Positions 44,808 to 54,321 of a stretch of 64,000 nucleotides of DNA are shown one piece after another. The stretch comes from Alphaproteobacteria bacterium (lineage in GTDB: Bacteria; Pseudomonadota; Alphaproteobacteria; JAAXGF01): NCBI GenBank assembly GCA_963555825.3, contig CAUVXB020000001.1:32001-96000 (forward strand). The letters are read 5' to 3'. Positions within the stretch are counted from its first letter, which is position 1. Each line of letters opens with the position of its first letter. A program made the position numbers and the translations under genes. Under the pieces are notes generated by a model. The model had not been told where the DNA came from and did not search any database. It was given only the letters and a program-made list of their open reading frames with translations.

Positions 44808-45201
44808 CTGGAGCATTGGTCGCTGACGACTCTGCGGGCTTGAGCGGCAAAGCCGATCAAGGGTGGTCAAGATTGGTGCCAAGGTCGTCAGACACGGGCG
44901 ATACGTCACGTTCCAATTGGCCGAGGTTGCCGTGCCGAGGGAACTGTTCCGGAGAAACCTGAGCCCGATTGATGATCTACGACGAAGACCCATTCCGGCG
45001 TAGGCCGAGGAAATCGACGGCCAGGTGAAAACGACGGGAGGGGTGTGTCTGAATGGCGGAAAATCTGGGCAAATGGCCTTCCAAACGAGGACCGATCTCC
45101 AAAATCGGGCCCTCGGATGGCTGCGGAAGCGATGCCGTTCCCTTGGCGGTGGAACGGTGGTACGAATTCCACGGTTTTGGATGGCGTCTGGGGAATGTCG
45201 G
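44808..45201 (+). mobile_element. IS1380 transposase C-terminal stub and right end
   Basis: EHWSLTTLR..VKIGAKVVRHGRYVTFQLAEV; IR CTGGGGAATGTCGG ends at 45201. Confidence 0.85.
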
Positions 45202-45598
45202 TCAATACTGCTTAGGATTAACTGACGTGGTGCGGCGCGTTCGGTCGTCGAGTGACGATACGCCACCAAGGAGGGCGGACGCAGAAGTGGCGGAGGCGCT
45301 TGTCAGTCGGCCCGACCGGCTGGCGACCGGCAAGGATGGTGTCGACGATTTAGGGGGCCAGCAAAGCGAGTTGGATCCTGTGCCTAGCGTCCCTGGCGGC
45401 AAGCCCGCCGAAGCGTGCGATCTCGCGGATGAGGACAGGGCGAAAAATTTTCTTCAGAACAAACGCAATTGGGTAGAATAAGACCACTTGAGAGCATCCG
45501 GCTTGACGACCTATGGCCGCACTTATTCATGTTGCGCGAGTCTGAGGCGCGCCGGGAGCGCTAGTTGCGACACCATCTTGCATCCCGAGTAGTCCCCC

Positions 45599-48247
45599 TT
45601 GCCTGATCCCGAAAACAAAGCCAGTCCCCTTACCGCAGCCGAGAGCAACCCTGGGGACACCCCCCGAGATGTCCCCAAGGGCGCTCGCGATAACGCCAGC
45701 CCAGAACGCGTCTCGACAGATCGGGCAGCCGCCGCCCGACAATATCCCGCCGTCACCGCCGCAGACGGGGGGAAGCTAACCGCGCCATCGCAGTTTTTCT
45801 TTTTCGCAGGTGTGTTTCTTCTCACCTTGACCACTTTGATGCTTGAAATAATTCAGACACGAATTCTTTCCGTTGTCTCATGGTATTATTTCGCGTTTTT
45901 TATTATCAGCATCGCGATGTTCGGCATGACCGCCGGCGCGGTTTGGGTTTACATGCGGCACGACCGGTTCACGGAAAAGACGCTGTCTCGCGACCTCGTT
46001 TTTTCCACTACGGCGTTTGCGCTGAGTATCGCGTTGTCGCTGGCCGTGCAGATGACCTTGGTACCGACCGTGGTGAGAACCGTGACGTCGATCATCGTAT
46101 GGGTCGAACTGGCGATCTGCATGGCCGTTCCTTTCTTCTTTTCCGGCGTCGCGGTGAGCTTGGCTCTGACTCGCAGCCCCTATTCCATTGGTCGGGTGTA
46201 CGGGTTTGATCTGGCCGGGGCCGCGCTCGGCTGCTTGGGCGCGTTATTGGTGCTCAACATCACCGACGGCCCCTCGGCGATCTTGTGGACGGCGGCGATA
46301 GGCGCGGCGGCTGCCGTTGCCTTCACCAAATCGGGGATCGGCGTTGCGTCTGGTGAAGAGCCCGCGCTGATTTCTGTATTGCGGCGACCGAAGCTGGTAC
46401 TTTGCCTCCTCGCGTTCGTCGCGCTGGGTAACAGCCTGGCCGAGAATGGACTCCGGCCGCTGGCGATCAAAGGACAAATTGCATTGCCGACCGTGGCGAT
46501 CGAATTCGAAGAGTGGAACACGTTCTCACGGATTATCGCGCAGCGAACCGTCAAGAGAGAGCCGCATATGTGGGGTCCCTCGCCGATGATGCCGCAGAAC
46601 AGATGGCTGATCGATCAAAAAAAGATGACCATCGATGGACAGGCCAGCTCGAGGATGTATCGCTTCACGGAAAACGTGGAGGATATGGCGTTTCTGAAAT
46701 ACGACATAACCAACTTGGGCTATTTCCTGCCCGACCGTGAACGGGCAGCGGTGATCGGGGTCGGCGGCGGGCGAGACCTGATGTCGGCCTGGACGTTCGG
46801 CGTCCGCGACATCACCGGCGTCGAGATCAACCCGATCTTCATCAAGCTGTTGACCGGCCTGCCCGAATTCGCCGACTTCGCCGGCCTGAGCAGGCTCGGC
46901 GGAATTACACTCGTCGTTGACGAGGGGCGTAGCTGGTTCGCGCGGACCGACGAGAGCTTCGATGTCATCTTGATGAGCTTGGTCGATACCTGGGCCGCGA
47001 CCAGTGCGGGCGCGTTCTCGCTGAGCGAGAACGGCCTTTACACGTTGGAGGCATGGCGGGTCTTCCTCAATCGGCTGACGCCACGGGGTGTTTTCTCGGT
47101 TAGTCGTCACTTCGCCCCCAGCAACGTCGATGAGGCGGGCCGCTTGGTAAGCCTGGCGACGGCGACTCTGATGGACATGGGTTATACGGCCCCGCAGCGC
47201 CACATTTTTCTCGCCGCCGCGGGCAAAGTGTCTACGTTGCTGGTCTCACGGTCGCCCTATTCGTCGGCGGACCTTAAGGTCCTGGAAGACGTCGCCGATC
47301 GATACCAGTACCAAGTGTTGGTGAGCCCGACGAAGAGGCCGGCCTCGGAGGTGCTGTACAACATCGTCACGGCGCGTGACAAGGCGCAGCTCGAGCGATA
47401 CACCGCCGGCCTCGTGCTCGATCTCACGCCGCCAACCGACGAGCGGCCGTTCTTCTTCAATCAATTGCCGCCACTGCAAGCCCTCAAGGTCTTATTCAGG
47501 TCGCGAGATGCCGTCAGAGGCGAGGGGACGGCAAGCGGTAACCTCGCTGCCACGGTGGTCCTACTGCTATTGTTTCTCGTTTCGACTTGGCTCGTCGCCG
47601 CGACCATCATCATTCCGATCCTCCCGGCCATCGAAGACGTGGGCGCTCGTTTGGTCACCGGAGGCACCGGTTACTTCGTGCTCATCGGCATCGGTTTCAT
47701 GACCGTCGAGATCGGGCTGTTACAACGAATGTCTGTGTTCCTCGGGCCCCCGGTCTATTCGCTCAGCGTCGTCCTCTTCACCTTGATTCTGGTGACCGGC
47801 ATAGGGAGTTTCATCTCGGACAGGCTCCGGCTCGACAGCCCGAAGAAGTTCGCCATCTGGTGCGCCCTGACCGGTGGCTACGTCATCCTACTTCCGTTGT
47901 GGCTGCCGACTCTCCTCCTCGTCTTCGACAGTGCCAACCTTTTCAGCAGGGCGGCCCTCTGCGTCGGCGTGATTGCGCCGGCGGCGGTTCTGATGGGCGC
48001 GGGCTTCCCGACCGGCATACGACTGATCTCCGCCGTCGATCGCGGGCCGACGCCCTGGTTCTGGGCGATCAACGGCGCGACGGGCGTGCTTGCGTCGATC
48101 ATCGCCGTTGCGTGCAGCATTTCCTTCGGCATCGACGTCACCCTGCGCGTCGGCGGTGTTTGCTACCTTCTCTTGTTGCCCGCCGCGCTGACCATCGGAT
48201 TTCGCGGATCAACCGGTGCGTCGGGCCACGCGGTGGCCACAGTCTGA
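45599..48247 (+). CDS. Polytopic membrane protein with a spermidine-synthase-like SAM domain
   Basis: TM bundles flank VIGVGGGRD, GVEINP, DEGRSW, ENGLYTLEA, TDERPFFF; start uncertain. Confidence 0.85.
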   Translation: MPDPENKASPLTAAESNPGDTPRDVPKGARDNASPERVSTDRAAAARQYPAVTAADGGKLTAPSQFFFFAGVFLLTLTTLMLEIIQTRILSVVSWYYFAFFIISIAMFGMTAGAVWVYMRHDRFTEKTLSRDLVFSTTAFALSIALSLAVQMTLVPTVVRTVTSIIVWVELAICMAVPFFFSGVAVSLALTRSPYSIGRVYGFDLAGAALGCLGALLVLNITDGPSAILWTAAIGAAAAVAFTKSGIGVASGEEPALISVLRRPKLVLCLLAFVALGNSLAENGLRPLAIKGQIALPTVAIEFEEWNTFSRIIAQRTVKREPHMWGPSPMMPQNRWLIDQKKMTIDGQASSRMYRFTENVEDMAFLKYDITNLGYFLPDRERAAVIGVGGGRDLMSAWTFGVRDITGVEINPIFIKLLTGLPEFADFAGLSRLGGITLVVDEGRSWFARTDESFDVILMSLVDTWAATSAGAFSLSENGLYTLEAWRVFLNRLTPRGVFSVSRHFAPSNVDEAGRLVSLATATLMDMGYTAPQRHIFLAAAGKVSTLLVSRSPYSSADLKVLEDVADRYQYQVLVSPTKRPASEVLYNIVTARDKAQLERYTAGLVLDLTPPTDERPFFFNQLPPLQALKVLFRSRDAVRGEGTASGNLAATVVLLLLFLVSTWLVAATIIIPILPAIEDVGARLVTGGTGYFVLIGIGFMTVEIGLLQRMSVFLGPPVYSLSVVLFTLILVTGIGSFISDRLRLDSPKKFAIWCALTGGYVILLPLWLPTLLLVFDSANLFSRAALCVGVIAPAAVLMGAGFPTGIRLISAVDRGPTPWFWAINGATGVLASIIAVACSISFGIDVTLRVGGVCYLLLLPAALTIGFRGSTGASGHAVATV

Positions 48248-48285
48248 CCGCGCGTCCACTGTTCGACTCTGAATATGCCGGCCAG

Positions 48286-48529
48286 TGTACGTAAGCAGCT
48301 CGCAGAATCAACGTCGCGAACCAACGGAATTTACATAAATAACATAAGCAGTTTACATTTTAAGGTGACGGTGATGGTTCACGGCTAAAAGTAAGCAGTT
48401 ACTTTGTTGCACGCTATGGGTCAGGGGCGTGGTGCCTTGCGCGTCTTCAACTGCTCATTGCCTCGCTCGTGCTCATGCTTAAACCGCGACCGCCGACGAC
48501 TCGGAAGAATTGTAAACTGCTTACGTGTA
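48286..48529. repeat. Four copies of a GTAAGCAGTTTAC-like motif (three direct, one inverted)
   Basis: Copies at ~48291, ~48344, ~48391 and inverted at 48512-48524, in AT-rich intergenic DNA. Confidence 0.65.
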
Positions 48530-48679
48530 AAAAATAGGGCACCGCCCGCTTAATCGTCGAGCGGCGAGACGTCTTCGCGGTGGAGGGATAAACCGGGTCA
48601 AAACACCATTACGATCCGCAGCCAATGGTGGATGGCGGCTTATACTGATGCGGCAACGACCGCAGGGGGAGGCGCGGCC

Positions 48680-49603
48680 ATGTCGATCCGTCGTCTGAGG
48701 ACGCTGCTGGCGATCGCCGAGCGGGGGAGCTTCGCCGGCGCCGCCGCTGACGTGCATGTCTCGCAGGCGGCGGTCAGCATGCAGATGAAGTCGCTCGAGG
48801 ACGAACTCGGCGTCACGCTGTTCGACCGAAGCCGGCGGCCGCCCGCGCTCACCCCGTCGGCCCACGCCCTGCTGCCCAAGGCGCGCGAGATCGTCGGCGG
48901 CTACGACGACCTGGTCCGCACGGTGCGCGACGGCGGCGGCCTGGCCGGCGAGCTGACCATCGGCGCCCTGCCGACCACCATGACCGGCCTGGTGCCCAAG
49001 GCGATCAGCGCGCTGCGCGCGCGCTATCCCGAGCTGCGCGTCCGGGTCGTGCCGGCGCTGTCGGCCGAGCTGATGGCGCAGGTCGAGCGCGGCCAGCTCG
49101 ACGCGGCGATCGTCAGCGAGCCGCCCTATGCCCCCGCCCGTGTCGAATGGTCGGTCTTCGCCGCCGAGCCGCTGGTCGTCGTCGCCGCCGAGGATGCGAC
49201 GGCCACGACGCCCGAGGCGCTGCTCGCCGCGCACCCCTTCATCCGCTTCAATCGCCAGGCCTGGGTCGGCCGGTTGATCGACGAATGGCTTCAGCAAAGC
49301 GGCATCCAGGTCCGCGAGGCGATGGAGCTCGATACGCTCGAGGCGATCGCGACCATGGTGTTCCACGGTCTCGGCGTCTCGATCGTGCCGCTGACCAGCG
49401 TGCCGTCACCCAACCCGCTGGCGCTCAAGCGCGTGCCGCTGGGTTCCGGCGCGCGGCCCCGGCTGCTCGGCGTCGTCGTCCGGCGAGATTGCCCGAAGCG
49501 CCGGCTGATCGATCTGTTCCGCGAAGAGCTCGTCGAGCTGGTGCGCGCCGCCGGACGGGCGACGCCGATGGGCCCGACCGCCCTCGGCGGAATTTCGAAA
49601 TAG
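48680..49603 (+). CDS. LysR family regulator
   Basis: GSFAGAAADVHVSQAAVSMQMKSLEDELGVTLFDR. Confidence 0.95.
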   Translation: MSIRRLRTLLAIAERGSFAGAAADVHVSQAAVSMQMKSLEDELGVTLFDRSRRPPALTPSAHALLPKAREIVGGYDDLVRTVRDGGGLAGELTIGALPTTMTGLVPKAISALRARYPELRVRVVPALSAELMAQVERGQLDAAIVSEPPYAPARVEWSVFAAEPLVVVAAEDATATTPEALLAAHPFIRFNRQAWVGRLIDEWLQQSGIQVREAMELDTLEAIATMVFHGLGVSIVPLTSVPSPNPLALKRVPLGSGARPRLLGVVVRRDCPKRRLIDLFREELVELVRAAGRATPMGPTALGGISK

Positions 49604-49605
49604 GT

Positions 49606-49670
49606 TCAGAGTTTCTGATATAAAACTTAATTTCAATTTGTTTTTCATTAAGTGAAGTTGATATTAAAAT
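49606..49670 (+). promoter_or_regulatory. Putative LysR box and AT-rich promoter of the dehydrogenase operon
   Basis: T-N11-A dyad TCAGAGTTTCTGA at 49606-49618, followed by an AT-rich tract. Confidence 0.5.
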
Positions 49671-49710
49671 GATTGCCGATCGGTCGGCGGGACTAGGCCC
49701 GTCGCGGGCA

Positions 49711-50454
49711 ATGGACTTCCCAATGACGGCTGACGGCACGGCGCAACTCGACGTCTCGGTCTGGCGCGGCGATGGCGGTGGCGGGCGCTTCGTGCGCTAT
49801 GCCGTGCCCGACCGCGAGAGCCAGACCGTGCTCGACGTGGTGACCTGGATCCAGCGCCGCCTCGACCCCACGCTCGCCTACCGTTTCTCCTGCCGCGTCG
49901 GCATGTGCGGTTCCTGCGCCATGACGGTCAACGGCAAGCCGCGCTGGACCTGCCGCAGCCACGTGCGCAAGGTCGCCAAGGACGGCCGTCTCGAGATCGG
50001 ACCGTTGCGCAACCTGCCGGTCATCAAGGACCTCGCCTGCGACATGACCGTGTTCTTCGACAAATGGGTCAAGGCCGAGGGCCGCTTCGTGCCGACCGCG
50101 ACGCGCGCCGATCCGGTGGCGCCGATCTCGCCCGCGACGCCGGCGCGCCAGGCGGCCGACGCCGCGATCGAATGCATCAACTGCGCGGTCTGCTACGCTG
50201 CCTGCGACGTCGTCGCGTGGCAGCCGTCCTATCTCGGCCCGGCCGCGCTGAACCGCTCCTGGACGCTGGTCAACGACGAACGCGACGGCGGGCAGGGCGC
50301 GCGGCTGCGCGCCGTCGCGGGCGACGCCGGCTGCCACAACTGCCACAGCCACCAAAGCTGCATGACCCATTGCCCGGTCGAGCTCAACCCGACCGCGTCG
50401 ATCGCCGGACTCAAGCGCGCCACGGCGCTGGCCGCGCTCAAAGGCGAACTCTGA
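49711..50454 (+). CDS. SDH/FRD-like iron-sulfur subunit
   Basis: CRVGMCGSC, CINCAVCYAAC, CHSHQSCMTHCP. Confidence 0.92.
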   Translation: MDFPMTADGTAQLDVSVWRGDGGGGRFVRYAVPDRESQTVLDVVTWIQRRLDPTLAYRFSCRVGMCGSCAMTVNGKPRWTCRSHVRKVAKDGRLEIGPLRNLPVIKDLACDMTVFFDKWVKAEGRFVPTATRADPVAPISPATPARQAADAAIECINCAVCYAACDVVAWQPSYLGPAALNRSWTLVNDERDGGQGARLRAVAGDAGCHNCHSHQSCMTHCPVELNPTASIAGLKRATALAALKGEL

Positions 50455-50783
50455 TGCTCGGCATCCGTCTCTACCTCGCCCAGCGCTTGACCGCGATGAT
50501 CATGGCGCCGCTCGTGATCGGTCACATCGCGTCGATGATCTATGCCGTTCGGGGCGGGCTCGACGCCGCCGAGGTGCTCTCGCGCACCCAGGGGAGCGTC
50601 CTGTGGGGGCTGTTCTACGGCATCTTCGTTGTCGCCGTCTCGATCCACGCCGCGATCGGCCTGCGCGTCGTGGTGCACGAGCATCTGAAGCTCGCCGGCC
50701 GGGCGCTCGACGGCTTTACGCTCGTCGTCGGCCTCGGCCTGCTGGCGCTCGGCGGCCGCGCGGTCGTCGCGGTGGTACTGTGA
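50454..50783 (+). CDS. SDH-like membrane anchor subunit 1
   Basis: QRLTA..IHAAIGLR; three TM segments; TGATG coupling. Confidence 0.85.
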   Translation: MLGIRLYLAQRLTAMIMAPLVIGHIASMIYAVRGGLDAAEVLSRTQGSVLWGLFYGIFVVAVSIHAAIGLRVVVHEHLKLAGRALDGFTLVVGLGLLALGGRAVVAVVL

Positions 50784-51124
50784 TGATCCGGCCGCACCGC
50801 AACCATCCGCTCTGGTTCGCCTTCGCGCTGCACCGGCTGTCGGGCGTCTGTCTGGCGCTGTTCCTGCCGGCGCACTTTTACGTGCTCGGCCTGGCGCTGA
50901 CCGAGCCCGCCGCGCTCGACGGCTTCTTGCAGTGGACCGACGCACCGCTGGTCAAGGCGGCCGAAATGGGGCTGGTCGGCCTGCTTGCGGTCCATCTGTT
51001 CGGCGGCCTGCGCCTGCTCGCCCTGGAATTCCTGCCGTGGCGCGACTGGCAGAAGAGCGCCGCGGCGACCGCCGCCGCCGTCTCGCTGTTCGTCGCCGGC
51101 GGCTTCCTGTTCAATGCGGTTTAG
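50783..51124 (+). CDS. SDH-like cytochrome b membrane subunit 2
   Basis: LHRLSG..HLFGGLR haem-ligand motifs; three TM segments. Confidence 0.85.
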   Translation: MIRPHRNHPLWFAFALHRLSGVCLALFLPAHFYVLGLALTEPAALDGFLQWTDAPLVKAAEMGLVGLLAVHLFGGLRLLALEFLPWRDWQKSAAATAAAVSLFVAGGFLFNAV

Positions 51125-51658
51125 CCCGGACTTCTCACCATGGACAGGTGCGGCACGGCAGATATCGGACGACAAGCTAGGAAAGGCGTGTAGCGCGATG
51201 CCAGTACTCCCTTGCACGATTCCACGGCACGTAGGATCGCGTTTCCCGTTTCCTCGGCAGTCGGGGGCGTGACGGCGATGCCTTGGCATCGCAGAGCGTT
51301 CCCGACGCCCCGAGGGGGCGGGAAACGCGACCTGCAGGGCGGCCTTGCGCGGCCGCCGGCGGCGTTGCCCGGCGCTTGCGATGCGCCCAGCATCACGGCG
51401 CGCCGGGCGCCTTGCCGGACGACCGCGCAAGGCCGTCCTACGTACCGTGGAATCGTGCAAGTGAGTACTCGCGCATCGGGCAAGCGCATTGACGCCGCCT
51501 GTCGTCCGAGATCCGCCGCCCTTAAGGGTCGCGCCGGGCGGGGCGGGCGCGGCGTCGAAGACCTTGACCGTGGCCCAGGCCACGCTCGGCGGCCTTCTCC
51601 TGGCGGATCGGCTCCGCCCGACGCGATGACGCGCCTGTCCATGGTGAGAAATCCGGGC
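51124..51658 (+). repeat. 535-bp MITE-like palindromic element, copy 2
   Basis: Terminal IR GCCCGGA(C/T)TTCTCACCATGGACAGG; TA flanks; reverse complement of 7569-8102 with scattered substitutions. Confidence 0.92.
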
Positions 51659-51664
51659 TAGCCG

Positions 51665-53395
51665 ATGATCGAACGCCATGACACCGACGTTTTGATCCTG
51701 GGCAGCGGCGGCGCCGGGCTGTTCGCCGCGCTGCACGCCCTGAAGGCCGCGCCCGAGGCCAAGATCACCATCGCGGTCAAGGGGCTGATGGGAAAAAGCG
51801 GCTGCACGCGTATGGTGCAGGGCGGCTACAACGTCGCGCTGTCGTCCGGTGATTCGGTCGAGCGGCACTTCATGGACACGATCGCCGGCGGCAAATGGCT
51901 GCCCAACCAGGACATGGCGTGGCGGCTGTGCGAGACCGCCGTGACCCGCGTCCAGGAACTCGAAAACGAGATCGGCTGTTTCTTCGACCGCAACCCCGAC
52001 GGCACGCTGCACCACAAGGCCTTCGCCGGCCAGACCTTCGACCGCACGGTCCACAAGGGCGATCTGACCGGCATCGAGATCATCAGCCGGCTGATGGAGC
52101 AGGTGCTGGCGCGGCCCATCGAGCGCATGGAGGAGCACCGCGCACTCGCCTTCATCCCGACCAAGGATGGCGCCGCGTTGGCCGGCGTGCTGCTCGTCGA
52201 CATGCGCCGCGGCGTCTTTCGTTTCGTCCGCGCCAAGGCGGTACTGCTCGCCACCGGCGGCGGGCCGACGATGTATCGCTACCACACGCCGTCGGGCGAC
52301 AAGACGATGGACGGGCTGGCCATGGCGCTGCGCGCTGGGCTCACGTTGCGTGACATGGAGATGGTGCAGTTCCACCCGACCGGTCTGCTTGCCGGCCACG
52401 ACACGCGGATGACCGGCACGGTGCTCGAAGAGGGCCTGCGCGGCGCTGGCGGTTACCTGCTCGACGGTGACGGGCGGCGCTTCATGTTCGATTACGACAC
52501 CCTGGGCGAACGGGCGACCCGCGACATCGTCAGCCGCGGAATCTACGACGAGATGCGCCGCGGCCGGACGACGCCCAACGGCGGCGTCTACATCCAGATG
52601 AGCCATCTCGGCCCCGACGACGTGCGTGCGCGATTCAGCGGCATGGTCAAGCGCTGCGCCGACTGCGGCTTCGACCTCGCCGGCGGCCGGGTCGAGGTCG
52701 TGCCGACGGCGCATTACTTCATGGGCGGCGTGGTCTGCGATACCGACACGCGGACCACCTTGCCCGGCCTCTACGTCGCCGGCGAGGACGCTGGCGGCGC
52801 CCACGGCGCCAACCGGCTGGGCGGCAACGGCGTCGCCAACTCGACCGTCTTCGGCGGCATCGCGGGCGATGTCATGGGCCCGGCGGCGGTCTCCGGCGGC
52901 GCCTTGCGCGAGCCCGACGAGGCGCTGATCGAGGCCGAAGTCGCCCGCGCCCGGCACCCGTTCACCAAGAAACCGGGCGACGCAAACGCGTTGCGCGACC
53001 GGCTGATGGATACGATGTGGGACGACGTCGGCGTGTTGCGCACCGCCGAGGGTCTCGCCCGCGGGCTTGCCACGCTCGCCGACATCGGCGCCGAGCTGAT
53101 GGCGATCGGCCTGGCGGACGACGATATCGTGTTCAACATGACCTGGCATGATTGGCTCAACTTGCGTAGCCTGATCGAGGTCAGCGAGGCGATCACCCGG
53201 GCCGCGCTGGCGCGCGAGAACTCGCGCGGCGCCCACTATCGCGAGGACTTCCCCGACCAGGGCGAGCTCGCGACCTCGACCTTCACAGTGGTGCGCCGCG
53301 AGGGCGACGCGCTGACGGTTGGCCGACAGCCGGTCGACTTCACCATCGTCCGGCCCGGCGAGACGCTGCTCGACGACAAGGAGGCAACGGCATGA
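51665..53395 (+). CDS. SdhA/FrdA/NadB-family flavoprotein (TfrA-like)
   Basis: GSGGAG, KSGCTRMVQGG, QFHPTG, EGLRG, RDIVSR, AHYFMGG, HGANRLGGN, SRGAHYR. Confidence 0.92.
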   Translation: MIERHDTDVLILGSGGAGLFAALHALKAAPEAKITIAVKGLMGKSGCTRMVQGGYNVALSSGDSVERHFMDTIAGGKWLPNQDMAWRLCETAVTRVQELENEIGCFFDRNPDGTLHHKAFAGQTFDRTVHKGDLTGIEIISRLMEQVLARPIERMEEHRALAFIPTKDGAALAGVLLVDMRRGVFRFVRAKAVLLATGGGPTMYRYHTPSGDKTMDGLAMALRAGLTLRDMEMVQFHPTGLLAGHDTRMTGTVLEEGLRGAGGYLLDGDGRRFMFDYDTLGERATRDIVSRGIYDEMRRGRTTPNGGVYIQMSHLGPDDVRARFSGMVKRCADCGFDLAGGRVEVVPTAHYFMGGVVCDTDTRTTLPGLYVAGEDAGGAHGANRLGGNGVANSTVFGGIAGDVMGPAAVSGGALREPDEALIEAEVARARHPFTKKPGDANALRDRLMDTMWDDVGVLRTAEGLARGLATLADIGAELMAIGLADDDIVFNMTWHDWLNLRSLIEVSEAITRAALARENSRGAHYREDFPDQGELATSTFTVVRREGDALTVGRQPVDFTIVRPGETLLDDKEATA

Positions 53396-54321
53396 TCAAG
53401 ATCGACCGCATCGAAGAGGTCGCCTTCGAGCTGATGGCCAAGGCCAGCATCGAGATCCCGGCCGACTTCCGCGAAGGCATCAAGGGCATGGCCGACGAGG
53501 AGACCGAGGAGCTCTCCAAGTTCGTGCTGCAGACCATGATCGAGAACTGGGAGGCGGCGGAACTCGACCGCCGGCCGATGTGCGCCGACACCGGCCTGCC
53601 ACGTTACTACGTCAAGGCCGGCAACGAGGCGCGAATCGAGGGCGGCTTCGTCGCGCTCGAGAAGGCGCTGCGCAGCGCCACCGCGCGCGCGACCCAGGCG
53701 ATCCCGCTGCGACCCAACCGGGTCCACCCGATCAGCCGCAAGGACCTCAACAACAACGTCGGCCAGCACGCGCCCGAGGTGCAGTACGCCTTCGAGCCCG
53801 ACGGCGACTGGCTCGACATCACCACGGTCCACAAGGGCGGGCTGTTCGGCACCGACTACCGCATGCTGTTCCCGGGCGACGGCATCGACGGCATCAAGCG
53901 TTTTTTCCTCGACGTCATGGTGCAGTTTGGCCGCCGCGGCCTGGCCTGCCAGCCGGCGATCGTCGGCGTCGGGCTCGGCGGCAACAAGGACACCTGCATG
54001 CGCCTCGGCAAGGAGGCCGCGTGCCTCAGGCCGGTCGGCGAGCGCAACCCCGATCCCGAGATCGCCACGCTCGAGCTGGAACTCAAGGAGCTCGGCAATT
54101 CGATCGGCATGGGGCCGATGGGCTTCGTCGGTCATTCGATGGTGATCGATTGCAACATCGAGATCGGCTACACCCACACCGGCGGCATGCCAATCAGCGT
54201 GCACACCTTCTGCCTGTCGTCGCGCCGCGCCACGGCCCGCATCTTCGCCGACGGCGCGATCGAATACCGCGCCGACCCGAAATGGTTCACCCCCTACTAC
54301 CGGCGGGAGGGCATCCAATGA
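53392..54321 (+). CDS. Fe-S hydro-lyase, fumarate/tartrate type, alpha subunit
   Basis: PMCADTG, ACQPAIVGVGLGG, GMGPMGFVG, CLSSRRA. Confidence 0.9.
   Translation: MIKIDRIEEVAFELMAKASIEIPADFREGIKGMADEETEELSKFVLQTMIENWEAAELDRRPMCADTGLPRYYVKAGNEARIEGGFVALEKALRSATARATQAIPLRPNRVHPISRKDLNNNVGQHAPEVQYAFEPDGDWLDITTVHKGGLFGTDYRMLFPGDGIDGIKRFFLDVMVQFGRRGLACQPAIVGVGLGGNKDTCMRLGKEAACLRPVGERNPDPEIATLELELKELGNSIGMGPMGFVGHSMVIDCNIEIGYTHTGGMPISVHTFCLSSRRATARIFADGAIEYRADPKWFTPYYRREGIQ

Noticed and set aside
45230-45598. Short ORFs between the IS1380 remnant and the membrane protein gene
   Set aside because: No recognisable motif or consistent frame; probably decayed mobile DNA.
51665-53395. Calling the flavoprotein sdhA or nadB
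   Set aside because: It lacks the covalent-FAD His motif, and the operon context fits neither canonical sdh nor nad genes.
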